From: Escherichia coli O127:H6 str. E2348/69
Lineage (GTDB): Bacteria > Pseudomonadota > Gammaproteobacteria > Enterobacterales > Enterobacteriaceae
DNA: 64,000 bases
Direction: 5' to 3' (one strand)
Assembly (NCBI RefSeq): GCF_000026545.1
Contig: NC_011601.1
The position numbers and the translations under genes are program-made. Shown here in pieces: positions 29,027 to 40,674 of the stretch. Below the pieces are notes generated by a model. It ran no database searches. It was not told the DNA's origin and saw only the letters and a program-made list of their open reading frames with translations. How positions within the stretch are numbered: position 1 is the first letter of the stretch; every line of letters starts with the position of its first letter.

Positions 29027-30493
29027 ATGAATACAATCGCCTCCGTTACGCTCCCGCATCATGTACACGCTCCACGATACGATCGACAGCAGTTGCAATC
29101 ACGTATCGTTCATTTTGGCTTTGGAGCCTTTCACCGCGCACATCAGGCATTACTGACCGATCGTGTGCTGAATGCCCAGGGCGGCGACTGGGGGATCTGT
29201 GAAATCAGCTTGTTCAGCGGCGATCAACTGATGAGCCAACTCCGCGCACAGAACCATTTATATACCGTGCTGGAGAAAGGTGCGGACGGCAATCAGGCGA
29301 TAATTGTCGGTGCCGTTCACGAATGTCTGAATGCAAAACTGGATTCCTTAGCGGCAATTATTGAGAAATTTTGCGAGCCACAGGTGGCAATTGTTTCCCT
29401 GACGATTACCGAAAAAGGCTATTGTATTGACCCGGCCACCGGTGCACTCGACACCAGCAATCCGCGTATTATTCACGATCTACAAAACCCTGAAGAACCT
29501 CACTCCGCGCCAGGTATTCTCGTCGAAGCACTGAAACGCCGCCGTGAGCGCGGCCTTACACCGTTTACCGTGCTCTCCTGCGACAATATTCCCGACAATG
29601 GCCATGTGGTGAAAAACGCGGTGCTGGGAATGGCAGAAAAACGTTCGCCAGAACTCGCCGGGTGGATAAAAGAACACGTCAGTTTTCCGGGAACTATGGT
29701 CGACCGCATTGTTCCGGCTGCAACCAACGAATCACTGGCGGAAATAAGCCAGCATCTGGGGGTGAATGATCCCTGCGCAATTAGCTGCGAACCGTTTATC
29801 CAGTGGGTGGTTGAAGATAACTTCGTCGCTGGGCGTCCTGCCTGGGAAGTCGCAGGTGTACAAATGGTGAATGATGTCCTGCCATGGGAAGAGATGAAAC
29901 TGCGGATGCTTAATGGCAGCCACTCTTTTCTCGCTTATCTGGGTTACCTCTCAGGATTCGCCCATATCAGTGATTGCATGCAGGATCGCGCATTTCGCCA
30001 TGCTGCCAGAACATTAATGCTGGATGAGCAAGCGCCGACACTGCGGATTAAAGATGTCGATTTAACACAATATGCGGATAAGTTAATTGCACGTTTTGCT
30101 AATCCGGCACTGAAACATAAGACCTGGCAAATCGCGATGGATGGCAGCCAAAAATTACCGCAACGCATGCTGGCAGGTATTCGCATACATCTGGGGCGCG
30201 AAACGGACTGGTCGTTGCTGGCATTAGGCGTTGCAGGCTGGATGCGTTACGTCAGCGGCGTTGATGATGCCGGAAATGCCATTGATGTTCGCGATCCGCT
30301 TAGCGATAAAATTCGTGAACTTGTTGCGGGCAGCAGCAGTGAACAACGCGTAACCGCCCTGCTTTCCCTGCGTGAAATTTTCGGTGATGATCTGCCAGAT
30401 AACCCGCATTTTGTGCAGGCCATCGAACAAGCCTGGCAACAAATCGCACAATTCGGCGCGCATCAGGCGCTATTAAACACCCTCAAAATTTAA
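29027..30493 (+). CDS. yeiQ: YeiQ, mannitol-dehydrogenase-family oxidoreductase (fructuronate/mannonate reductase-like)
   Basis: 488 aa from ATG 29027 (MNTIASVTLPHHVHAPRYDRQQLQSRIVHFGFGAFHRAHQA...), with an N-terminal Rossmann GFGAFHR motif. The track ORF starts 3 codons earlier at GTG. Confidence 0.92.
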   Translation: MNTIASVTLPHHVHAPRYDRQQLQSRIVHFGFGAFHRAHQALLTDRVLNAQGGDWGICEISLFSGDQLMSQLRAQNHLYTVLEKGADGNQAIIVGAVHECLNAKLDSLAAIIEKFCEPQVAIVSLTITEKGYCIDPATGALDTSNPRIIHDLQNPEEPHSAPGILVEALKRRRERGLTPFTVLSCDNIPDNGHVVKNAVLGMAEKRSPELAGWIKEHVSFPGTMVDRIVPAATNESLAEISQHLGVNDPCAISCEPFIQWVVEDNFVAGRPAWEVAGVQMVNDVLPWEEMKLRMLNGSHSFLAYLGYLSGFAHISDCMQDRAFRHAARTLMLDEQAPTLRIKDVDLTQYADKLIARFANPALKHKTWQIAMDGSQKLPQRMLAGIRIHLGRETDWSLLALGVAGWMRYVSGVDDAGNAIDVRDPLSDKIRELVAGSSSEQRVTALLSLREIFGDDLPDNPHFVQAIEQAWQQIAQFGAHQALLNTLKI

Positions 30494-30510
30494 CGATTTC
30501 TGCGGTTAAA

Positions 30511-30535
30511 GCGGATGAAGCTCGCCTTCGTCCGC
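30511..30535 (+). terminator. Candidate terminator hairpin after yeiQ
   Basis: 10-bp stem GCGGATGAAG/CTTCGTCCGC (one G-U pair), loop ctcgc, followed by a pyrimidine/T-rich tract (tctccccttctcttttctgcctttttt). Confidence 0.5.
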
Positions 30536-30610
30536 TCTCCCCTTCTCTTTTCTGCCTTTTTTAGCCAGGATTAACGCTCAGTTAACTTACCAGAGTATTG
30601 CGGAGCCGTT

Positions 30611-31597
30611 GTGACCAGAACCAACCTCATCACCGGTTTTCTCGGCAGCGGGAAAACTACGTCGATTCTTCATCTGTTAGCCCATAAAGATCCCAACGAA
30701 AAATGGGCGGTACTGGTTAATGAATTTGGGGAAGTCGGAATTGATGGTGCTTTGCTCGCCGATAGCGGCGCACTGCTGAAAGAGATCCCCGGCGGCTGCA
30801 TGTGCTGCGTTAATGGTTTACCCATGCAGGTAGGGTTGAATACCTTACTGCGTCAGGGAAAACCAGACCGCTTGTTGATAGAGCCGACCGGGCTGGGCCA
30901 TCCGAAACAGATCCTCGATCTCTTAACCGCACCCGTCTATGAACCGTGGATAGATCTGCGCGCCACGTTGTGCATTCTCGATCCACGCCTGTTGCTGGAC
31001 GAAAAAAGCGCCAGCAATGAAAACTTCCGTGACCAACTGGCTGCCGCAGACATTATTGTCGCCAATAAATCCGACCGTGCGACGCCCGAAAGTGAGCAAG
31101 CGCTAGAGCGCTGGTGGCAGCAAAATGGTGGCGATCGGCAATTAATTCACAGCGAGCATGGAAAAATTGACGGTCATCTTCTGGATTTGCCGCGTCGCAA
31201 TTTAGCCGAGTTGCCCGCCAGCGCCGCGCATTCTCATCAGCATAGCGTGAAAAAAGGGTTAGCAGCGTTAAGCCTGCCAGAGCATCAACGCTGGCGTCGC
31301 AGTCTGAACAGCGGACAAGGGCATCAGGCCTGTGGCTGGATATTCGACGCTGATACGGTATTCGACACCATTGGTATTCTGGAATGGGCGCGACTTGCAC
31401 CGGTGGAACGCGTCAAAGGCGTGCTGCGTATTCCCGAAGGGCTGGTGCGAATCAACCGTCAGGGCGATGACCTGCACATTGAAACGCAAAACGTTGCGCC
31501 ACCGGACAGTCGTATTGAGCTGATTTCCAGCAGCGAAGCTGACTGGAATGCCTTGCAGAGCGCGCTGTTGAAGCTTCGTTTAGCGACTACCGCGTAA
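30611..31597 (+). CDS. yeiR: YeiR, COG0523-family metal-chaperone GTPase
   Basis: 328 aa with a GTG start. P-loop GFLGSGKTT, CxCC motif GGCMCC, and a His-rich stretch AAHSHQHS in the linker. Confidence 0.93.
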   Translation: MTRTNLITGFLGSGKTTSILHLLAHKDPNEKWAVLVNEFGEVGIDGALLADSGALLKEIPGGCMCCVNGLPMQVGLNTLLRQGKPDRLLIEPTGLGHPKQILDLLTAPVYEPWIDLRATLCILDPRLLLDEKSASNENFRDQLAAADIIVANKSDRATPESEQALERWWQQNGGDRQLIHSEHGKIDGHLLDLPRRNLAELPASAAHSHQHSVKKGLAALSLPEHQRWRRSLNSGQGHQACGWIFDADTVFDTIGILEWARLAPVERVKGVLRIPEGLVRINRQGDDLHIETQNVAPPDSRIELISSSEADWNALQSALLKLRLATTA

Positions 31598-31635
31598 GGT
31601 TGCCTGCGTTTTTCAGTAAGATAATTAGAGAAAAT

Positions 31636-32349
31636 ATGATTAAAAATTTGCCGCAAATAGTGTTGTTGAATATTGTCGGCCTCGCGCTGTTTCTTTCCTG
31701 GTATATTCCCATTAATCATGGATTCTGGTTGCCGATTGATGCGGATATTTTTTATTTCTTTAATCAGAAACTGGTCGAAAGTAAGGCCTTTTTGTGGCTG
31801 GTTGCATTGACCAACAATCGCGCTTTCGACGGTTGTTCACTGCTGGCGATGGGAATGTTGATGCTGAGTTTCTGGCTGAAAGAAAACGCCCCAGGCAGAC
31901 GACGTATCGTGATTATTGGTCTGGTCATGCTATTAACTGCAGTGGTATTAAACCAGCTGGGTCAGGCACTAATTCCTGTAAAACGGGCCAGCCCAACGTT
32001 GACTTTTACCAATATTAACCGCGTCAGCGAACTGCTCTCTGTTCCCACGAAAGATGCCTCACGAGATAGCTTTCCCGGCGATCACGGTATGATGCTGCTT
32101 ATTTTTTCGGCATTCATGTGGCGTTATTTCGGCAAAGTTGCAGGCCTTACCGCCCTTATTATTTTTGTGGTTTTTGCGTTTCCCAGAGTAATGATTGGCG
32201 CACACTGGTTTACTGACATCATCGTCGGTTCCATGACCGTGATATTGATCGGCTTGCCCTGGGTGTTGCTGACGCCATTAAGTGATCGATTAATCACCTT
32301 TTTTGACAAATCACTACCTGGAAAAAACAAACATTTCCAAAACAAATAA
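31636..32349 (+). CDS. lpxT: LpxT, lipid A 1-diphosphate synthase (PAP2 family, undecaprenyl-PP phosphotransferase)
   Basis: 237 aa from ATG 31636 (MIKNLPQIVLLNIVGLALFLSWY...). PAP2 motifs KRASP, PGDHG and RVMIGAHWFTD. Confidence 0.92.
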   Translation: MIKNLPQIVLLNIVGLALFLSWYIPINHGFWLPIDADIFYFFNQKLVESKAFLWLVALTNNRAFDGCSLLAMGMLMLSFWLKENAPGRRRIVIIGLVMLLTAVVLNQLGQALIPVKRASPTLTFTNINRVSELLSVPTKDASRDSFPGDHGMMLLIFSAFMWRYFGKVAGLTALIIFVVFAFPRVMIGAHWFTDIIVGSMTVILIGLPWVLLTPLSDRLITFFDKSLPGKNKHFQNK

Positions 32350-32760
32350 CTCACAGTAATTAACATCATCAGGTTTATTTTTATAGTGAGGATAATCCTG
32401 ATGATGCGCCTCCTGCTTTCATCCATCGAGCGCAAAAATCATTCTCTAAGTAAATGAATGGATTGCATGCGTTTCACTCAATCGTACTTTAATTGACCAA
32501 TCCCGCTGATTAACTTTCTGTATCACTTTTTCTTATAAAAAATCATGTAAAACCGCTCGCCAAGACCGCACCAATCGGGTAATCTCGAACTCGTTTTGCC
32601 TCGGCGGTAGATTATCCTCACAGCATATAATTTTGTGCGTTAGTCCACAGATTTGGCCTTAAGGAATTGTTTCAACATGCCCAGGTAATTAGTCTCGTGT
32701 CGCTTGGCATTTTTTTATAACGATATTTGTCGTTAAGGACTTCAAGGGAAAACAAACAAC

Positions 32761-33327
32761 ATGGTCAAATCTCAACCGATTTTGAGATATATCTTGCGCG
32801 GGATACCCGCGATTGCAGTAGCGGTTCTGCTTTCTGCATGTAGTGTAAATAACACCGCAAAGAATATGCATCCTGAGACACGTGCAGTGGGTAGTGAAAC
32901 ATCATCACTGCAAGCTTCTCAGGATGAATTTGAAAACCTGGTTCGTAATGTCGACGTAAAATCGCGAATTATGGATCAGTATGCTGACTGGAAAGGCGTA
33001 CGCTATCGTCTGGGCGGCAGCACTAAAAAAGGTATCGATTGTTCTGGTTTCGTACAGCGTACATTCCGTGAGCAATTTGGCTTAGAACTTCCGCGTTCGA
33101 CTTATGAACAGCAGGAAATGGGTAAATCTGTTTCCCGCAGTAATTTGCGCACGGGTGATTTAGTTCTGTTCCGTGCCGGTTCAACGGGGCGCCATGTCGG
33201 TATTTATATCGGCAATAACCAGTTTGTCCATGCTTCCACCAGCAGTGGTGTTATTATTTCCAGCATGAATGAACCATACTGGAAGAAGCGTTACAACGAA
33301 GCACGCCGGGTTCTCAGCCGCAGCTAA
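32761..33327 (+). CDS. mepS: MepS (Spr), NlpC/P60 murein DD-endopeptidase lipoprotein
   Basis: 188 aa with lipobox LLSAC and NlpC/P60 catalytic residues (…GIDCSGFV… and …HVGIY…). Confidence 0.96.
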   Translation: MVKSQPILRYILRGIPAIAVAVLLSACSVNNTAKNMHPETRAVGSETSSLQASQDEFENLVRNVDVKSRIMDQYADWKGVRYRLGGSTKKGIDCSGFVQRTFREQFGLELPRSTYEQQEMGKSVSRSNLRTGDLVLFRAGSTGRHVGIYIGNNQFVHASTSSGVIISSMNEPYWKKRYNEARRVLSRS

Positions 33328-33373
33328 TAAACCGTTTGGATGCAATCCCTTGGCTATCCTGACGAGTTAACTG

Positions 33374-33405
33374 AAAGCACTGCTTAGGCAGTGCTTTTTT
33401 GTTTT
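33374..33405 (+). terminator. Rho-independent terminator of mepS
   Basis: 10-bp stem AAAGCACTGC/GCAGTGCTTT with loop ttag, followed by TTTTTTGTTTT. Confidence 0.9.
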
Positions 33406-33507
33406 CATTCATCAGAGAAAATGATGTTTCCGCGTCTTGATCCAGGCTATAGTCCGGTCATTGTTATCTTTTAAATGTTGTCGTAATTTCAGGAAATTAA
33501 CGGAATC

Positions 33508-35064
33508 ATGTTTATACGCGCTCCCAATTCTGGACGTAAGCTCCTGCTTACCTGCATTGTTGCAGGCGTGATGATTGCGATACTGGTGAGCTGCCTTCAG
33601 TTTTTAGTGGCCTGGCATAAGCACGAAGTCAAATACGACACACTGATTACCGACGTACAAAAGTATCTCGATACCTATTTTGCCGACCTTAAATCTACTA
33701 CTGATCGGCTCCAGCCGCTGACCTTAGATACCTGCCAGCAGGCTAACCCCGAACTGACCGCCCGCGCGGCGTTTAGCATGAATGTTCGTACGTTTGTGCT
33801 GGTAAAAGATAAAAAAACATTCTGTTCATCTGCGACCGGTGAGATGGACATTCCACTCAATGAATTGATTCCGGCGCTCGACATTAATAAAAACGTCGAT
33901 ATGGCGATCTTACCCGGCACGCCGATGGTGCCGAACAAACCCGCAATCGTCATCTGGTATCGCAACCCTTTGCTGAAAAATAGCGGCGTGTTTGCCGCTC
34001 TGAATCTCAACCTGACGCCTTCACTCTTTTATAGTTCACGGCAGGAAGATTACGATGGCCTCGCCCTCATTATTGGTAATACTGCGCTATCTACCTTTTC
34101 TTCACGTTTGATGAACGTTAATGAATTAACCGACATGCCGGTCCGTGAAACTAAAATTGCGGGCATTCCTCTGACCGTTCGGCTTTATGCAGATGACTGG
34201 ACATGGAACGATGTGTGGTACGCATTTTTACTGGGTGGCATGAGTGGAACTTTCGTTGGACTTCTCTGCTATTACCTGATGAGTGTGCGTATGCGCCCAG
34301 GCAGAGAAATCATGACCGCCATCAAGCGCGAACAATTTTACGTGGTATATCAACCGGTGGTTGATACACAAGCTTTGCGGGTAACGGGCCTGGAAGTACT
34401 GCTACGCTGGCGGCATCCAGTAGCAGGTGAAATCCCCCCGGATGCCTTCATTAACTTTGCCGAAGCGCAAAAGATGATTGTGCCACTGACTCAGCACCTG
34501 TTTGAGTTGATTGCCCGCGATGCCGCAGAATTAGAAAAAGTACTGCCGGTAGGCGTCAAATTTGGCATTAACATTGCGCCGGCCCACTTGCACAGCGAAA
34601 GCTTTAAAGCGGATATCCAGAAACTGCTCACTTCCCTGCCCGCACACCATTTCCAGATTGTGCTGGAAATTACCGAGCGCGATATGCTGAAAGAGCGAGA
34701 AGCCACACAACTCTTCGCCTGGCTGCATTCGGTCGGCGTAGAAATTGCTATTGATGACTTCGGCACCGGGCACAGCGCGCTTATCTATCTTGAGCGTTTT
34801 ACGCTCGATTATCTGAAAATTGATCGTGGATTTATCAACGCCATCGGTACGGAAACGATCACTTCACCCGTACTTGACGCGGTGCTGACGCTGGCGAAAC
34901 GTCTCAATATGCTGACAGTTGCTGAAGGGGTCGAAACGCCAGAACAGGCACGATGGCTAAGCGAACGCGGCGTTAATTTCATGCAAGGCTACTGGATTAG
35001 TCGCCCGTTACCGCTGGACGATTTTGTTCGCTGGCTGAAGAAACCGTATACGCCGCAGTGGTAA
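33508..35064 (+). CDS. rtn: Rtn (PdeN), CSS-domain / EAL-domain c-di-GMP phosphodiesterase
   Basis: 518 aa. N-terminal TM, periplasmic domain, second TM, then EAL motifs (EVLLRW, EITER, DDFGTGHS, KIDRGF). Confidence 0.93.
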   Translation: MFIRAPNSGRKLLLTCIVAGVMIAILVSCLQFLVAWHKHEVKYDTLITDVQKYLDTYFADLKSTTDRLQPLTLDTCQQANPELTARAAFSMNVRTFVLVKDKKTFCSSATGEMDIPLNELIPALDINKNVDMAILPGTPMVPNKPAIVIWYRNPLLKNSGVFAALNLNLTPSLFYSSRQEDYDGLALIIGNTALSTFSSRLMNVNELTDMPVRETKIAGIPLTVRLYADDWTWNDVWYAFLLGGMSGTFVGLLCYYLMSVRMRPGREIMTAIKREQFYVVYQPVVDTQALRVTGLEVLLRWRHPVAGEIPPDAFINFAEAQKMIVPLTQHLFELIARDAAELEKVLPVGVKFGINIAPAHLHSESFKADIQKLLTSLPAHHFQIVLEITERDMLKEREATQLFAWLHSVGVEIAIDDFGTGHSALIYLERFTLDYLKIDRGFINAIGTETITSPVLDAVLTLAKRLNMLTVAEGVETPEQARWLSERGVNFMQGYWISRPLPLDDFVRWLKKPYTPQW

Positions 35065-35145
35065 GGTGTGCTTACGTCCCTTATTATTCATAGTGAAAGC
35101 ATGCCGGATTGCGGCTAATGATGAGTAAAAGGAAATCCGTTGCAG

Positions 35146-36960
35146 ATGATTGTGCGCATACTGCTGCTGTTTATCGCTCTGTTCACCTTTGGTGCGCAGG
35201 CGCAGGCTATCAAGGAAAGCTATGCCTTTGCCGTACTGGGCGAACCCCGGTACGCATTTAATTTCAACCATTTTGATTATGTGAACCCCGCCGCGCCAAA
35301 AGGTGGGCAAATAACGTTGTCTGCCCTCGGCACCTTCGATAATTTCAACCGCTATGCACTGCGCGGCAATCCGGGCGCACGCACCGAGCAGCTGTACGAC
35401 ACGCTATTTACGACTTCCGATGACGAACCAGGCAGTTATTACCCGCTGATTGCTGAAAGAGCACGCTATGCTGACGATTATTCCTGGGTGGAGGTCGCTA
35501 TTAATCCACGCGCCCGTTTTCATGATGGTTCGCCCATTACTGCCCGCGATGTAGAGTTTACTTTTCAAAAATTTATGACCGAAGGCGTGCCGCAATTTCG
35601 TCTGGTCTACAAAGGCACCACCGTCAAAGCCATTGCGCCGTTAACCGTGCGCATTGAGTTAGCTAAACCCGGCAAAGAAGATATGCTGAGTCTGTTTTCG
35701 CTGCCGGTATTTCCAGAAAAGTACTGGAAAGATCACAAACTTAGCGACCCGCTCGCCACGCCTCCGCTTGCCAGTGGTCCGTACCGCATTACGTCCTGGA
35801 AAATGGGGCAAAATATTGTCTATTCCCGCGTGAAAGATTACTGGGCAGCAAACTTACCGGTAAACCGTGGACGCTGGAATTTCGACACCATTCGCTACGA
35901 TTATTACCTCGATGATAATGTCGCCTTTGAAGCGTTTAAAGCAGGAGCCTTTGATTTGCGTATGGAAAACGACGCCAAAAACTGGGCCACGCGCTATACC
36001 GGTAAAAATTTCGATAAAAAATACATCATCAAAGATGAGCAAAAGAACGAATCAGCCCAGGATACGCGCTGGCTGGCGTTTAATATCCAACGTCCGGTAT
36101 TCAGCGATCGCCGGGTCCGGGAAGCGATCACTCTCGCCTTTGACTTTGAATGGATGAACAAAGCGTTGTTTTACAATGCCTGGAGTCGCACGAACAGTTA
36201 TTTTCAGAATACCGAATATGCGGCCAGAAATTACCCCGACGCCGCGGAACTGGTGCTTCTGGCACCAATGAAAAAAGATCTACCGCCAGAAGTCTTCACG
36301 CAAATCTACCAGCCGCCGGTATCCAAAGGCGATGGCTACGATCGTGACAACCTGTTAAAAGCCGACAAACTTCTCAACGAAGCAGGCTGGGTGCTGAAGG
36401 GTCAGCAACGCGTTAATGCCACAACGGGTCAGCCACTCAGCTTTGAATTATTGCTTCCCGCAAGCAGCAATAGTCAGTGGGTATTGCCGTTCCAGCACAG
36501 CCTGCAACGGCTGGGTATCAACATGGACATTCGCAAGGTGGATAACTCGCAAATCACCAACCGCATGCGCAGTCGCGACTATGACATGATGCCGCGCGTA
36601 TGGCGGGCGATGCCGTGGCCCAGTTCCGATTTACAAATTTCCTGGTCATCGGAATATATCAATTCCACTTATAATGCCCCCGGCGTGCAAAGCCCGGTTA
36701 TCGACTCGCTGATCAACCAAATTATTGCCGCGCAGGGAAATAAAGAAAAATTACTGCCGTTGGGGCGAGCACTGGATCGCGTATTAACGTGGAATTATTA
36801 CATGCTGCCAATGTGGTATATGGCGGAAGACCGTCTCGCCTGGTGGGATAAATTCTCCCAACCCGCTGTACGCCCTGTTTACAGCCTGGGTATCGATACC
36901 TGGTGGTATGACGTTAATAAAGCGACGAAACTGCCGTCAGCCAGACAACAGGGAGAGTAG
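35146..36960 (+). CDS. yejA: YejA, periplasmic family-5 substrate-binding protein of the YejABEF peptide (microcin C) ABC importer
   Basis: 604 aa from ATG 35146 with signal peptide [21 protein letters not shown]. The track ORF starts 2 codons earlier at TTG. Confidence 0.94.
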
Positions 36961-38055
36961 ATGGGCGCTTATCTGATTCGCCGTCTGTTGCTGGTGATCC
37001 CAACGTTATGGGCGATTATCACTATCAACTTTTTCATCGTGCAAATTGCGCCTGGCGGTCCGGTCGACCAGGCCATCGCCGCCATTGAGTTTGGTAATGC
37101 CGGAGTATTACCCGGCGCAGGCGGTGAAGGTGTTCGCGCCAGCCATGCGCAAACGGGCGTCGGCAATATCAGCGACAGTAATTACCGTGGCGGACGCGGA
37201 TTGGATCCAGAAGTGATCGCCGAGATCACTCATCGCTACGGTTTCGATAAGCCGATCCACGAACGTTACTTCAAAATGCTCTGGGACTACATCCGTTTTG
37301 ATTTTGGCGACAGCCTTTTTCGCAGCGCCTCGGTGCTGACGCTGATTAAAGACAGTCTGCCGGTCTCCATCACCCTCGGATTGTGGAGCACGCTGATTAT
37401 CTATCTGGTGTCGATTCCGTTAGGCATTCGCAAAGCTGTTTATAATGGGAGCCGTTTTGACGTCTGGAGTAGTGCATTTATCATCATCGGCTACGCCATT
37501 CCGGCCTTTTTGTTTGCCATCCTGCTGATTGTCTTCTTCGCGGGCGGCAGCTATTTCGATCTGTTCCCTCTGCGCGGCCTGGTTTCCGCTAACTTTGATT
37601 CGCTGCCGTGGTATCAGAAAATCACCGATTATCTGTGGCATATCACGCTGCCGGTGCTGGCGACAGTGATTGGCGGCTTTGCGGCTCTGACCATGCTGAC
37701 AAAAAACTCATTCCTTGATGAAGTGCGTAAGCAATACGTGGTGACGGCACGTGCGAAAGGGGTAAGTGAAAAAAATATTCTCTGGAAACATGTGTTCCGC
37801 AACGCCATGCTGCTGGTGATTGCCGGTTTTCCGGCGACGTTTATCAGCATGTTTTTTACCGGCTCGCTGCTGATTGAGGTGATGTTTTCACTCAATGGCC
37901 TCGGCTTACTGGGCTACGAAGCGACCGTCTCGCGCGATTATCCTGTAATGTTTGGTACCTTGTATATTTTCACCCTGATTGGCCTGCTGCTGAATATTGT
38001 CAGTGATATCAGCTATACGCTGGTCGATCCGCGTATAGATTTTGAGGGACGCTAA
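36961..38055 (+). CDS. yejB: YejB ABC permease
   Basis: 364-aa polytopic ORF of the BPD-transporter family. Its ATG directly follows the yejA TAG. Confidence 0.95.
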
Positions 38056-39080
38056 TGCCGCGACTCAGCCCCGTCAATCAGGCCCGTTGGGCGCGTTTTC
38101 GCCATAACCGTCGCGGCTACTGGTCGTTATGGATTTTCCTCGTCTTGTTTGGTTTGAGTTTGTGTTCTGAACTTATCGCCAACGATAAACCGTTGCTGGT
38201 GCGTTATGACGGCAGTTGGTATTTCCCGTTGTTGAAAAACTACAGCGAAAGCGATTTTGGCGGCCCGCTGGCAAGTCAGGCTGATTATCAGGACCCGTGG
38301 CTGAAACAACGGCTGGAAAATAACGGCTGGGTACTGTGGGCTCCGATTCGCTTTGGTGCTACCAGTATCAACTTTGCTACCGATAAGCCCTTCCCTTCTC
38401 CACCCTCCCGGCAAAACTGGCTGGGAACGGATGCCAATGGCGGCGATGTACTGGCACGCATTCTCTATGGCACGCGGATCTCAGTTCTGTTTGGCCTGAT
38501 GCTGACCCTCTGCTCCAGCGTGATGGGCGTGCTGGCGGGGGCACTACAAGGCTATTACGGCGGTAAAGTCGATCTCTGGGGGCAACGTTTTATTGAAGTA
38601 TGGTCGGGGATGCCGACGCTGTTTTTGATTATTTTACTTTCCAGCGTCGTACAGCCTAACTTCTGGTGGCTGCTGGCAATTACTGTCTTGTTTGGCTGGA
38701 TGAGTCTGGTCGGTGTGGTGCGGGCGGAGTTTTTACGTACCCGTAATTTCGACTACATCCGCGCGGCGCAGGCGCTTGGCGTCAGCGATCGCAGTATCAT
38801 CCTGCGTCATATGTTGCCAAATGCCATGGTCGCTACCCTCACTTTTTTACCGTTTATTTTATGTAGTTCGATAACCACCCTGACCTCACTCGATTTCCTC
38901 GGCTTCGGTCTGCCGCTCGGTTCACCGTCACTCGGCGAACTGCTGTTACAAGGGAAAAATAACCTTCAGGCCCCGTGGCTTGGGATCACCGCCTTCTTGT
39001 CGGTGGCGATATTGTTGTCTTTGCTGATCTTTATTGGTGAAGCCGTCCGCGACGCATTTGATCCTAATAAGGCGGTGTAG
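38055..39080 (+). CDS. yejE: YejE ABC permease
   Basis: 341-aa polytopic ORF. TAATG overlap with yejB. Confidence 0.95.
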   Translation: MPRLSPVNQARWARFRHNRRGYWSLWIFLVLFGLSLCSELIANDKPLLVRYDGSWYFPLLKNYSESDFGGPLASQADYQDPWLKQRLENNGWVLWAPIRFGATSINFATDKPFPSPPSRQNWLGTDANGGDVLARILYGTRISVLFGLMLTLCSSVMGVLAGALQGYYGGKVDLWGQRFIEVWSGMPTLFLIILLSSVVQPNFWWLLAITVLFGWMSLVGVVRAEFLRTRNFDYIRAAQALGVSDRSIILRHMLPNAMVATLTFLPFILCSSITTLTSLDFLGFGLPLGSPSLGELLLQGKNNLQAPWLGITAFLSVAILLSLLIFIGEAVRDAFDPNKAV

Positions 39081-39081
39081 C

Positions 39082-40671
39082 ATGACGCAAACTCTGTTAG
39101 CGATTGAAAATTTGTCGGTGGGTTTTCGCCATCAGCAAACCGTACGTACAGTAGTCAATGATGTTTCACTACAGATTGCGGCTGGCGAAACGCTGGCGCT
39201 GGTAGGTGAGTCTGGTTCAGGTAAGAGCGTTACCGCGCTGTCAATTTTACGCCTGCTCCCTTGCCCGCCGGTTGAATATCTCTCCGGCGATATTCGTTTT
39301 CATGGCGAATCGCTGCTTCATGCCAGCGATCAAACGTTGCGCGGTGTACGCGGTAATAAGATCGCCATGATTTTTCAGGAGCCGATGGTGTCGTTAAATC
39401 CATTACATACCCTGGAAAAACAGCTTTATGAAGTACTTTCACTCCACCGCGGGATGCGTCGGGAAGCGGCTCGTGGCGAAATTCTTAACTGCCTTGATCG
39501 CGTCGGTATCCGCCAGGCGGCAAAACGGCTGACAGATTATCCGCATCAGCTCTCCGGCGGCGAACGCCAGCGGGTGATGATTGCGATGGCGCTGTTAACG
39601 CGACCGGAATTATTAATTGCCGATGAACCAACCACCGCGCTGGACGTCTCTGTCCAGGCGCAGATTTTACAGCTGTTGCGCGAACTGCAAGGCGAGCTGA
39701 ATATGGGTATGCTGTTTATTACTCATAACCTCAGCATTGTCAGAAAACTGGCCCACCGCGTGGCGGTAATGCAAAACGGTCGCTGTGTCGAGAAAAATAA
39801 CGCCGCTACGCTATTTGCCTCACCCACTCATCCTTACACACAAAAGCTACTCAACAGTGAACCATCTGGCGACCCGGTGCCATTGCCAGAACCTGCCTCA
39901 ACTTTGCTAGATGTTGAACAGCTTCAGGTTGCCTTCCCCATCCGCAAAGGGATTTTGAAGCGCATTGTGGATCATAATGTGGTGGTGAAAAACATCAGTT
40001 TTACGCTACGGGCAGGTGAAACACTGGGTTTAGTGGGCGAGTCCGGTTCCGGGAAAAGCACGACGGGACTGGCGCTGCTGCGACTGATTGACTCTCAGGG
40101 CAGCATCGTCTTTGACGGTCAGCCACTGCAAAATTTAAATCGCCGCCAGCTGTTACCTATTCGTCATCGCATTCAGGTGGTATTTCAGGATCCAAACTCC
40201 TCACTCAACCCACGACTCAACGTTTTGCAAATTATTGAGGAAGGCTTACGGGTTCACCAGCCGACGCTTTCTGCCGCACAACGCGAACAACAAGTGATAG
40301 CCGTGATGCATGAAGTGGGATTAGATCCTGAAACACGCCACCGTTATCCGGCGGAGTTCTCTGGTGGTCAGCGGCAACGTATTGCGATTGCCAGGGTGTT
40401 AATTCTTAAGCCCTCGCTGATCATTCTTGATGAACCAACATCATCACTCGACAAAACGGTGCAGGCGCAAATATTGACGCTATTGAAATCATTGCAACAA
40501 AAGCATCAACTGGCCTATTTGTTTATCAGCCACGATTTGCACGTTGTCCGCGCGTTATGTCATCAGGTTATCGTACTGCGACAAGGGGAAGTAGTGGAAC
40601 AAGGACCGTGCGCGCGCGTGTTTGCCGCACCGCAGCAGGAGTATACGCGTCAGCTACTGGCGTTGAGCTGA
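39082..40671 (+). CDS. yejF: YejF, fused double ABC ATPase
   Basis: 529 aa from ATG 39082 ([15 protein letters not shown]...). Two Walker A motifs (GESGSGKS twice) and two signatures ([16 protein letters not shown]). Confidence 0.95.
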   Translation: MTQTLLAIENLSVGFRHQQTVRTVVNDVSLQIAAGETLALVGESGSGKSVTALSILRLLPCPPVEYLSGDIRFHGESLLHASDQTLRGVRGNKIAMIFQEPMVSLNPLHTLEKQLYEVLSLHRGMRREAARGEILNCLDRVGIRQAAKRLTDYPHQLSGGERQRVMIAMALLTRPELLIADEPTTALDVSVQAQILQLLRELQGELNMGMLFITHNLSIVRKLAHRVAVMQNGRCVEKNNAATLFASPTHPYTQKLLNSEPSGDPVPLPEPASTLLDVEQLQVAFPIRKGILKRIVDHNVVVKNISFTLRAGETLGLVGESGSGKSTTGLALLRLIDSQGSIVFDGQPLQNLNRRQLLPIRHRIQVVFQDPNSSLNPRLNVLQIIEEGLRVHQPTLSAAQREQQVIAVMHEVGLDPETRHRYPAEFSGGQRQRIAIARVLILKPSLIILDEPTSSLDKTVQAQILTLLKSLQQKHQLAYLFISHDLHVVRALCHQVIVLRQGEVVEQGPCARVFAAPQQEYTRQLLALS

Positions 40672-40674
40672 CGC

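Noticed and set aside
32705-32721. Sigma-54-like TGGCAT-N5 element upstream of mepS (ttggcatttttttataa).
   Set aside because: The downstream element is TATAA rather than TTGCA (no GC dinucleotide at -12). No enhancer-binding-protein gene or site is nearby.
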